57,406 nt of DNA from Trichoplax sp. H2 (taxonomy: Eukaryota). The stretch covers positions 124,001 through 181,406 of the forward strand of contig NOWV01000158.1 of NCBI GenBank assembly GCA_003344405.1. Reading direction: 5' to 3'. Below the pieces are notes generated by a model that was given only the letters and a program-made list of their open reading frames with translations, did not search any database and was not told the DNA's origin. Position 1 is the stretch's first letter, and every line of letters begins with the position of its first letter. The position numbers and the translations under genes are program-made. This document shows, piece by piece, positions 40,772 through 52,521 of the stretch.

Positions 40772-42490
40772 ATGGATGGAACCTTACTAGGAAAAGATCT
40801 AAGATCTAGCTGCTGTCTTCTGGCTACTACTGCTGTAAGTCAAATTATCACTGCTATAGTAGCCTATGCTCTGCCATGCCAAATTGGTTTATATGCTCCG
40901 TGTTTGACAGCGCAATGGAATACTTTCTGGGTTGCGGGACCCGTAAGTCTAGTATAAATAATCGATCAGGTCTCTAATATTTTTATTATTCATAAGCTAA
41001 AATTATTAGTGGCTTGAAGATCTCTTCGAAGTTATCCTATCGCCTATTCTGATTTGATGCTAATCAGGGAAATGCTGATGATTGCATCAAATCTACTATT
41101 TAATATTGTGTTCACACAAAATTTAGTTTTACACTTGAAATAGCTATTAAAATGAATCTTAACTTCAAAATTGATGAATTGAAGTGCATTGTTTCTCTTG
41201 TAATAACCATAGGTAATGCTATTTGATCTATTTGGCTTTATAATAAACAAAAACAATAATCCAAGCATAGGCAATGTAAGAGCGGAATAATTCCATCATT
41301 ATATAGAGTGAATATTAAATTTTACTGGCGGATGACTTAGTATATTATATTGCTAAATTTTACATATTTATGAGTCCTTTAATGCAACTGCAGTGCTAGT
41401 AGATACCGCTACATAAAGTCTAAATTTGGCCAATTCTTCAAGTTGTTTTACTAACCGCGTAAATTTATAAATATAGTTTTAAATGAAATTGAATAATTTC
41501 AATCTCATATTTACGATTACGCTGATGTAAGGAGATTATTCCAGTCTTCTTTATCAATATATATATAATATATATCAGTTTTTATTACAGTAAATTTAAC
41601 GAAATTAATTTAAGTTTAAACCATTTCAAAGAATTGGAATAATGTCATAGGAGCATTTCAGTCTTGCTACGGACATATCAGAATTTGCCACAGAACATGA
41701 ACTTGTATACAAAAATAAAGCTATATATAGTTTCAAGGAAATAACTAAAAAGAGAATTTTATAGCAACATTGCCCATGTAAAGGCATTTAAGATATTATG
41801 ACCTATACTGTACTATAATTAGCATAATCTGTTTACAAACATTTCGTATTCGGATGTGGAAATTGCTAGAATATGTACTAATATGATCGGCTACATATGT
41901 TAAAGTTAGCCTTCTCAATACTAATTCCCACTTACAGCATCCTAGCTATACTCGGTTATCTTTATTTTTTTCACACCACAAATTAAATGATTTAATTCTA
42001 TTTTACTACCATTGCAGGTTACATGGCACAAGATTATAGGTACCTTCTGTATATTTACTGAAATTGGGGGATTGACCGTAACTAGATTTACTATGTATTA
42101 CATTATCGGAATAGCTAGTTCCCAAGATAATTTTAATTGTCCTGATAATATTAATTTGAAAAGTGTTCGAACCTCAGCTATTTTGATCACCAATGCACAA
42201 TTTATCATCTATCTATATTAAATCATCGTTTTAATATGGGTTATGAAAACTTATAATTTGGGTCCAAGTTCTTCAATTAGAGAGACTGGAAGCGATGGCA
42301 TCATCAGGGTAAGAGTATGCATCTCTAGTAGGCATATAAATTAGTGATATACTCTCCTTCTATAGTAAATTATTTTGGTTAAATGATTTTTCAAAACATA
42401 TTAACTAATATTCTCGCAATACAACAAAATTTCATTTTACAGCCGCATCGTTTACGTGAGAAAGATTTGCAAGCCAATAATGATAATTAG
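40772..42490 (+). pseudogene. MS4A/CD20-like paralog 6, probable pseudogene (premature stop in TM4)
   Basis: Exons 40772-40942 (LPCQIGLY...WNTFWVAGP|gtaagt), 41213-41275 (63 nt, VMLFDLFGFIINKNNNPSIGN), 42018-42308, and probable 42443-42490. An in-frame TAA at 42219-42221 sits where paralogs 7 and 8 have Tyr (IYIYY/LYLYY). The frame continues as IIVLIWVM... to a normal phase-0 donor at 42309. An out-of-frame upstream ATG at 40725 suggests an additional exon-1 frameshift. Confidence 0.78.
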
Positions 42491-43467
42491 GAGAGAATAA
42501 TATTAAGCGATGTCGAAAGAATTGTTATCACAACTCAGACCTTATAACTGGAGCTACGTGAATATAGCGTTTTATGTGTGTTATAAGTTAAGATTAAAAT
42601 GATAAATGAATAAATTGTACCAAATGCTAGCATAAATGCGCAAGTCATGACTGCGATAGAAATAATTCAAACAACGAGTTGCAAGCAGTGGGAAACTAAC
42701 ATTTTATACCGTATAGTTTAGAGATATTTTAAAAAGTGAATCAGCATTATAAATAGCTATGATAACAAAGACTGAGAGATATATTAGGCTATGATGCTTA
42801 TTCCTAACCGAGTTACACCATAGAAGCAGATAAATATCAATAAAGAAATGATCAGACTCTGCCATGATACAATACATAAAAGCAAATTTCACGAAGACGG
42901 CAATGAATATCAATACTAGTAGTAAAGCTGATAAAAGTACAAAATTTTAAAGTACTGCTAATAAAGCATGCAGGTGTCCGCTAATTCTGGCTAAAGTTGT
43001 AAGTCTAAATAATTACTTTCTACTCAATTCATTCTTTCATAGTAAAATGAGAAATGAGTTAAAGTTTTATTTGTAATACGTTGAATATGATCGGCAAAGT
43101 TCATGACCGAATTTTAAAAAAATTTACGGTGAATAGTTGCATGTCTTATTTTAATATTAATGTAAATAGTATTATTGTTGTGGTAAAAGTAGATGAGACG
43201 AAACGCTACCTCAAATATCGCTATGAAGCAGAAATTTTTTGTCAACCATGAATTAAATATAGCAAGATAAAGCAAATTACCCAAATATGGTATAAAAAAA
43301 GTTGATATAAGATTTATTTCATGTCTATCATAAGGAACAGTTAAGGTTCTCAAGTTAATAGCGATTTTTTCTCGCTGGTTATATAGGCTGAATTCTACTA
43401 AGCCGAGAAATATTTTCTGATTCGCTTGCTAACTCAAATGAGTTTGTCGATAGCGTAATTTTTTACT

Positions 43468-44507
43468 ATGTCTGGTAGCATTTATCCTGCTACTACCTCC
43501 AAAAATACGGCCCACTATTGCAACCATTGTAGCTATAAAATACAAGATCATACATTTGCACTTACCACCATGACTACGATCCAAATTACTATCGCTGCCA
43601 TTGGATTATGGTTGCCATGTCGATTTGGTTTATATATATCCAGTCTCAATTTTTATGCCAATACATTTTGGGTTGCTGGGCCGGTAAATGAGTACATAGT
43701 TAAAATGCTGCCTATTGATATTATTATTCTATGCATGAACAGAAAGTTTTGACGTTGATAATTCAATCATCTATTCTACAGCATTGCCTATGTTCATAAC
43801 ATACGAATAATTATTGTATACGGTACCTTAAATCTATGCAGTAATATAATATTACACAATCAATTAGCAATAATAACAGGTATAAAATCTAGTTTTATTT
43901 AATGCTGCATTTTAATTTGTTCATTAGCCTTGTAGATAAAAATGCCTATATCATGTAGATCCTATCCGATAATAAATAGTTTCATAATCTCTAAAATCAC
44001 TAGAATAATATAGCAGATACGATTGAATTTCACTTCTTGACTGAATAATTTTGATTACAGACGCTAGCATTTAGCATTATTAGCAGTATCATCAATGCCA
44101 ATGATAAACCTGACTCAAATTGGGTATGTATTCCTAAAATATTACCGAATCGAAATACAATTTCTTCCCATTTACTAGCCCTAACCTTAAAATTCTCAGT
44201 ATGGACTATCGTTAATAATATATTGTAGGCATGGTTTCACATCATTACTGGTACCGTGTGCTCATTTTGTACATTTGCAGGATTAATAACATTAGGATTC
44301 GCATTTTTCGATATGGTTACATTAATTGGCCCAAACAGCAATTTGAAGTGCTCTACCAACGTGGGTAGCTCGGGATTAACGCAAGTAACGCTTCCTGCTC
44401 TTATGGCAAATGCAGGCCAAATAATAATCTACATTTACTATGCTTTTGCGATTAAAGAAATTATGGCCCCCAATTTTAAGCAGGAGGCTACATCGGTGGA
44501 TATTTAG
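43468..44507 (+). CDS. MS4A/CD20-like paralog 7 (~185 aa as assembled; C-terminal tail apparently lost by frameshift)
   Basis: Exons 43468-43683 (IQITI...LPCRFGLY...YANTFWVAGP|gtaaat), 44061-44123 (63 nt, TLAFSIISSIINANDKPDSNW), and 44229-44507 ending in TAG. A donor at 44513 and a candidate exon 4 at 44707-44736 (VYAKFEEDF*) remain but are out of frame. Confidence 0.78.
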
Positions 44508-45974
44508 AAACGGTAAATAATTTAATGCAATTACGTTTTAGTGCCACTTTATCAGGTGAATAAATGATTAATTAAGCGAAATTTTAGTCTTCGTTTTACT
44601 GAACTAATCTTGATAATAACGAATGAACATTTAATTATCTTTAAAATTAAATTTATTCTTTGATATAAATTATTAGCAGCATTGGCTTTGTTACTCATTT
44701 CATTAGGTGTACGCTAAATTTGAAGAAGACTTTTAAATATCGTTTACAAGATAAGAAAGAAATGGTTCTGAATTAAATCATAGAAATGATTCAAGGGCAA
44801 TGTCTTAAGTAACTTGTAATATTCGCTTTCCTATTTGCGTGTAGTCGAGATATGATGTCAGAGAATTTGATGCAATGATTGATTTAAGTACAGTAAATAA
44901 ACGAGGATTAGCAGTCATTTTATTTCGTACTAGCTTTTAAGATACTTAGGGCAAAAAAAATGTAATCTGGATAGAATAATATGGCATATGTAGTTAAAGT
45001 GAAGTAGCCTTCACAAAGATGCTACGGTAATCAGTCGCATTTTAAAGCAGTATTCTTGCGGAAATAATTTTTCGATAATGGTGAACATGTTCAAGCAAAA
45101 TTTTTTATAATAGCAATATTCTTCAATTTTTATAATTGTGAACTTTCTGAGGCGTGCAATCGCTTTTCTGTAGAAATTTCATACGCGGAAGGCTGTTTTT
45201 CAGGACCTTGTACATACGTGCAAGCAAACTATCAGTTCGGTTATGTTATCTCCTAGATTGTGAATGCATCTGGACTACAAATTTACCTAGAATTATTAGA
45301 TCCTACGATCTTCGTTAAATTAAGTTTCGTAATTTGTGTTTCCATAGTGCAACGTTTGTATCGTTATCGTAACATAATTTCCATAAGATAACTTATCTAG
45401 GAATGTGTTAATTTATTGATGACATTTTACATATATTTTAATAGATAATTGAATAGTTGCATAATATTATCTATAACCTTATAGTTAACGTTTAATCAGG
45501 TTTACTATAAATTGACCGGCTTTTCGATAAAGTTTAGTTTCAGTTTGTCTAAAGAGAAACTCTATTGGTTACTGTTCCTCCTGACGATAGGAGATCGTCA
45601 GTATTTAGAGTCATACTGCCAGTAGATGTCAGAGAAGAAAAGCCAGACAATAGACTCGTAGTTTTAGTTTTCTGCAATAGTTTTATTTTTCGTCGCTGCA
45701 AATTTAGAATTGTAACGATAATGTAGACAGACGATACTAAATAACATGCATAACTTTCTTGCGGTCGTTTTTGAAATTATCTACGTTTCAGGTAAGGATT
45801 ATTTAATACAGATTATTGAATTATTTAATATAGAACCGTACTTATACATAAAGAAGCCACGAAAAGTTAATTGCTAATTGGATACTAATCTTTGCCGTTT
45901 CTTCTATACATGATATTCTACTACAGAAACTTAAAAGTTTCAATCAATTTAGAAAAGAATAAGTAGCTCATTGT

Positions 45975-46295
45975 TTATCCGTTTATATAAGATCTCTTGA
46001 TCTAAGTGTCAGCTAAATCATTGATCTATGCAATGGATTGATTTACGCTAAGCAATCGTCTTTTAAGCCTTAATTTCTTGTCTCATAAATTGACTTGCTA
46101 GGAAAATGTACATTTATACCAACGCATTTATACAGAACATCTCTTCTTTTTATCTGTTTATATAAAATCTCTTGATCTAAGTGTGAATTCAATCACTAAT
46201 CTATATATTCGATTGATTTACGCAACCAATCGTCTTTTAAGGTTTCATTTCTTTTCTTATATGTCTATCTGCAAGTATAGTGTACATTTATACTA
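45975..46295. repeat. Two-copy tandem duplication, period ~176 bp (partial third copy near 46470)
   Basis: ATCTCTTGATCTAAGTGT...GATTGATTTACGC...CAATCGTCTTTTAAG...TGTACATTTATAC occurs twice. Confidence 0.82.
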
Positions 46296-47949
46296 CGATG
46301 ATAACCTCACTTAATTATTAATTTAACGCTCTTCTAACTGTTATCAGAATTAATTTGCCCAATAGTTAAAGGATAAAGATGTAGTTATTCAACATGAATC
46401 TATGCCTGGATCTAGAATTTAGTCTAACACACATTAAGAAATTTCTACAGATGATGTCAATCTATTTATTTTATAAAAGCTATTGATCTAAGCTGATGAG
46501 CATATCTTCTAATCTTTCTACCCTAATTTGGCCTTAATTTAGGCTGGATGTCACCAGAATCTTGCTTGCATTTGCCTCCTCTGCGTCTTTGCAAGTACTG
46601 TAATTTTAGTTGTGATTATACATTATAAGAGCACTGATTCATTTTCCCAAGACGCTTACAGTCAATAGTCCTAATGGACAATTCACTTAGAAGCAATTAC
46701 AAGATTCCGCCATTCCGGTTACGATACTACAGTTTATGATTTATATATATGTTTATACTATATATGGTTTATAGCGTTTGCTATAACTTCTTACAGATCT
46801 ATGATAAATAGTACCATGACAAGAAACTTACAACGAAACATCCAACAATGTAAGTAATATCGAATTTGATTATAAAGTAGGAAAATAAAGCTTTCATTTT
46901 AAGTTCATTGTCGGTTATAATTTCAAAAGGCTGCTATAGCAAGTGCTGTTGCATATTTTAGAATATTAGAGATATTTAATTTTACTAAGTAACTGCATTA
47001 ATCTAGTTACTCCATTTATTTATAGACGCAGCCCTTGGCGAAAGAGAATCATGAAAATTTATTGGATAATAATGATACCAAACATATAGCTGTTAACGTA
47101 TCTTAGATAAAGGTGAAATCAACATTTTTGTCGGCTTGATATTATGCAAATACTAGCATTTCCATAAACCTTCGTGATTTTATACTATTTATGATATGCA
47201 CCTACAGCGATAATTTTAAGTTTCCATGAGTGAAAAGTTGTTTATTGTATAAATGAGTAAGTGCTTTTGGCAAAGACTTCTTATAAATAGGAACTCCTTT
47301 AGGAAGATTTTTCTACGATCATTTTCTATGCATATTCAATGAATAATTGTATATTGATACGTTAGTAGGTTAAATGATGTCATTGTCTGATTGTTTATCA
47401 ATTTTATGAGATTTAGTTTAAAAATTTAAACATTCTAACTTGCTAGTTTTCTGCATGTATAATAATGAATGTTTGAGTTACTTTTACGTGTCTGAGAATT
47501 TATTTCTGTCACTTTCAATAGTACAAATTTGTGTTTCTTATCCAGTATAGAATTAATCGCTTAATTGAAGATTGGATTTCTTATGGATTACTAGTTCGTT
47601 ATCTAGCGACTGAATAACATTAACCTTTAAAGCATCATGCATACAACTCTAATAGTTTAATTTAAATTTCCAAGAATGTTGAATGATTTGAGATCCAGTA
47701 TTAAAATATCGTACAATAATTAATTCATCAAGTATGAATTGAAAAAAGGTTTCTGTGTCTGAACAGTGATAATCAGCCTTAGAGTAACTTTTAATGTCTA
47801 CGCCATTTAACCCGCCCATAAGAACCTTAAATACGATATTCTAACTACTCTTCCCTTGCCCACTTTCTGTACTGTGTTTGAGCTGATAATACTTATACTA
47901 AGAGCAGGACATGATTTGGCCTGCAATTCTCGCTTCATTAAAAGGTTGG

Positions 47950-48502
47950 GGTGATATAAGCGATCGCTAAAATCCAAAATTTGTAGAAAATTGGAACCTT
48001 AATAGATCTTATACAAAGATAATATATGCATAGCTCTACCTTAGCCGAATATAACTACTGAACTTTTCTAGAAAGAACTACTAGAATAATCTAAGTTGAT
48101 ATCTTATTTTCTTTTCGCAGCTACAATCAGTACAGCAACATTCTAGCGTATTTTACACATATTCAGATTATCATGAGTAACAACATTTTATAGCGGACCT
48201 TCATTAATCTAATATAGAAACTACTACAGTATTCACATAGACATTATTTCTACCAGTCAGAGTACGATGAACTAAGTATATCCTAATATCTGATTTATGG
48301 TTCTATTTTTATCGTTAACCATAATAGTAACTCAACATTCTACTGTATATAGTCATCTGTACTTCTAGCATAGAATCTTCGACTACAGTTTATAGTCGTA
48401 AGCTACTAAATATGTCTAAAGGTAAATATAGAAAATCACGCTACTGTATATCATACTAAACATGGCTAATAGTCAACAATCCTAATACTAAGTTACGTTA
48501 CA
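47950..48502 (-). mobile_element. Solo LTR (family A, older diverged copy, 553 bp)
   Basis: Colinear similarity to 14367-14551 plus 14976-15347. Ends gGTGAT...GTTACA, with flanks GTTGG (47945-47949) and GTCGG (48503-48507), a TSD with one mismatch. Confidence 0.78.
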
Positions 48503-49484
48503 GTCGGATTATGTTAGAAGGTCTTGGCCATGGGAGTAATTTACTAACGTAACATTATTGTTCTGTAAATTGAATGTAGATTAAGGTAAATTGGTGATAA
48601 CTTTTCCCGTATCATACAATTACTGATAAAATAGAATATTAAGATAAGTACTTATCCAGATACTTTATTCGCTTATTTATGATTAATTGTTAACATAAGA
48701 TAGCTCTGGACTACACGAACTGAAATGGATTTGTTTTAAGTTCAGATCAAGTAATTTGCATAGTTATAGAGAAGTGATGTTAAGTCGTATGAACGATAGT
48801 ACTAAGATTACCAAAGTCTAATAAATTAATAGGCACAAGATAATGCGATCAACTAGAGTACGTGCTGCAAACTTAGAACCGTGCTACGTACGACATTAAC
48901 TTAGGACCTAGAGTAATATTGCAATCTATTACAATATTTAATAGTCGCAATCGGCTCAAGTGAAGCCCGGCAGTTGTGATCCTTCAATTCACTTTACATA
49001 CTCTAAGTGCTGAATTTTGAAGCTGTTATTTATCGTTTATAGTAAATACTTAGTAACACTGTTACCAGTAGATAAAATAAGGGCTATTTGCTTGATATTA
49101 TTTACTTACCGAATATTACTTTAAATAGCAATAGTAAATATTCGTGTATGGTCACTGCAAGTAGATATCCCTTGTCATTTTTTATCTAATTTTTGTTCTT
49201 ACGTGTATTTCAATTAAAGTTATTTTTGATGTTATTTCATTGCTGATCATTTATAGATTGTTATCTACTTTATAGATCATAATTATCAACTATTTCAAAG
49301 AGATTTTCACATGAAAGGTTAAAGAAATGATGATTGCTACGTCAACAACAAGAAAGACTAAATTATAAATTAATTGCAATCGAAAAAATACGGCTAATTA
49401 TGACTCACGAATGACGCTGCATATAATTATCTTATCTAAGCCAATCAAAATCGTTATTAGTGATTGATTAAAGAGACAAATTAG

Positions 49485-49900
49485 ATTAGTATTATTGGCA
49501 AACTTAAATAGATATAAATTTTTATTAAAATTTTTGCTGATTTTAGTTGACATTCAACTATCATGATAAATTGGCAATAGCCTATCCTTGAGCTACGGTA
49601 ATATATTGCAATAGTATGCCTGTATCACGATTTAACATCAGATCAAGTTATAATTGCATTTATTTTTATACGATAGAAGGGTGTTCAGATTACTTGCTAG
49701 GCTAGTGCTATTGGTTAACATAAATAGATATCAATATTGATTAAAATCATTGTTGATTTTAGTTGGCGCTTAACTTATCATGGTAAAAAGGTAGTAGTTT
49801 ATCATTGGCCTACCTAAATATATAGTAATAGGATACTTATATTACGATTTAATATCGGATCAAGCTGTAATTTCTTTTAATTTTATACGATCGAAAGGTG
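49485..49900. repeat. Two-copy tandem duplication, period ~216 bp
   Basis: TAAATAGATAT...TGATTTTAGTTG...ACGATTTAA.ATC.GATCAAG...TTTTATACGAT.GAA.GGTG occurs twice. Confidence 0.82.
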
Positions 49901-52521
49901 ACTACTATATTACTAATCGATGATTTGCCCGCGACGTTGCTGCTAAAACACTTTTAGAGGTAAGAAAAATCATTCGATATAGGTAATATGTTGCAATTTA
50001 TCACTCAGAGGTTCACCAATTATGTATTATTGCTGCCTTAAGTATGAGTATGTTAAACAAGCACCATTTAGTTGAGCTATTAATATTTAAAGAGACAATC
50101 ATGGACTAGTACTATAACATAGCTTATCCTAACTTAAGTCTACTTGCAGGCTCCATCTAGACAAATAACATCGAGCATCTTACCCGTAAATTCTAAAACT
50201 TTATGTTGCTTAATTAATGTCCAACATCGTATATTTTGAATACGGTACTATCTTTAATCATGCCTATTTAGAAGTTTATTCTGATTTACCTTGAAATCAC
50301 ATAAATGCCAAAATTTTAGCTTGACTATTAATACATGTTATCTAGTAGGACAATAGAAAGATATTCTAGGAACTTATTTTATTTCAATAAGCTTATGAGA
50401 CGATAACAAACTTTTTAAGGATTTTTATTAATTAATTAAGAGATCTACGCATGTTCTGAGAATAGGTAGCTTAAGAATCCATAGCGTTGTTATTTTAGTA
50501 ATTGGGCCAGCTATTATCAAAATAATAAGAGCAGCTTAATTGCTATTTAGATCAGCTTGCAATATCGTGCTACTGTTGCTATTAAGAAAGCTGACGACTT
50601 TAATCATTAATTTGCCAAGAAAAATCTATGCGCGCTAAGTATTGTCCTAATTGATAATAAGTAATCTAAGTCGTATTCGCAATTGACTAAACTAAAATTG
50701 TAAACGGTAATCTAAAGTTGTTTGTGAAATGAAAATGCAGACTAATAACTAATATATTGGCATGGAAACTGGTATTAAACCAATATTTTTAGTAAACGGT
50801 AAGCCACGAAGTAGATATGCTAGATTTACAAAAATTGAGTTAATCGCAATTTACATTACTATCTCATGTACAGTATAACCTCGTTTACACCAGCTTGGCT
50901 GGTATTTGTAACTTAAATTCATTTATTTATTTATTTATTCATTCATTGTATCAGAATCTTCTACACCTATCGATTAATGTCCATTTATTAGAGAAAACCC
51001 TATTAATACAGGTTAAAAAGGTATTAAAATTTTACTTATCTCTAGTGGCGTTTCTATATTTCAAATTATTATCCTAAATAAAGTTTTACTATAATGTGAT
51101 AAAGTGTCTTCTCAAAATTATAACAAGAACTATAGTTTCTTGTAAACTTCACTTTTTAACATAAGATAAGGGTTTGTCCCACAACTACCGAGGACTATCT
51201 AACTGCAATTAGGCCATCTCTGGACTATCCAAATTATTACAGCAATATTCACGATTTATATACAATTAATTACACAATAATTTTCCTTCGAATAAATCAT
51301 ATCTTACCAATTAAGTTACAAGATCATATCTAAATTTACTATCGCACTATTAGCTCATAATTCATACTTCTAATTAAAGCGTCACAGTGCAAATCTAACA
51401 GTACTAACACACTTAACACAATCTATTATTATCTCAGATCTTTATATAAACATCTCAATATAATCGCTAAAATATGTATTATAAACGTCTTCTACAAATA
51501 GACACTTAAGATAACCTTACACTTTAACGTACAGTTTAACCTATTCTCGAACTGGGATTGTCATCTAAGCTATATTTGGGGCTGCACTACAAATACCGCA
51601 ATCTGTAATCAAATCTAAGTATGTAAGAACTCTAAAGGTTACAATATCGCCTATGTACAATAGATTAGAATAAGGAAGCAACTTTAATAACCTTAATTTA
51701 TCCTACTTGCACGATACAGGTTTTGGTTTCTTTAGATAACGAATTGCGAATTATTTATTTTTACTTAATTCTATAACTTTTACGATACAAATATTTCATT
51801 CCATAATTATAAACTATCTTGGCTTATATTATATGCCATGTTAAGATAATATTAGTAATTCGAAAAAGAATTACAAGTTTACATCGTTACATTCATCTTT
51901 ACGATTGAAGTCTGTAGCTAAACTTGATTAAGGAATTCTAACCGATTTAATGTCTCTTGTTAATGCGCCTAATGGTGTTACAGAAAACTATCTATCCATT
52001 GATAAATAGCTTAACGAAATATAGTGATAGACTGTATACCTCGATAAATACTCGTACATACTAAACAATATTACAATATATGAATTACTGTTATTTCATC
52101 AAAGGAAAATAATGCTACTTAAAGCTATTGCTTTTACTGGTATCACCATTTAACTAGTTAATCAAATAAATAAGCTGGATTGTTTCTATTTCTACAATTA
52201 ACAGTAGATATGACTACAGTAACATCTTGAATAACAGCCCTTGTAAGAAACGGAAATATATGATCTTAAGAATTCATTTTACTTCGTCAACTAGCACACG
52301 TACAATAATAAACTAAAGGTTACAGTACATACGAACAATTTCCGTTTAACATACTGTAGTATATACGCATTAACCGTAACAACATGAATTTAATGCTAGT
52401 ATAACTTGTTCTAGCCTGAATATCGTTTAAATTTCTCTACTAACTTAGGACCACTAATAATAACTGAATTTTCTTCCATCAAATCAACTTTATTCTAAAC
52501 AGTTCACACTGAAAAATCGCC

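Noticed and set aside
41651-41720. Alternative exon 2 for paralog 6
   Set aside because: Not hydrophobic and not 63 nt; 41213-41275 fits the family pattern exactly.
51095-51643. TGTGAT...GTTACA 549-bp segment as another solo LTR
   Set aside because: Size and ends fit, but there is no matching TSD and no second copy in the window.
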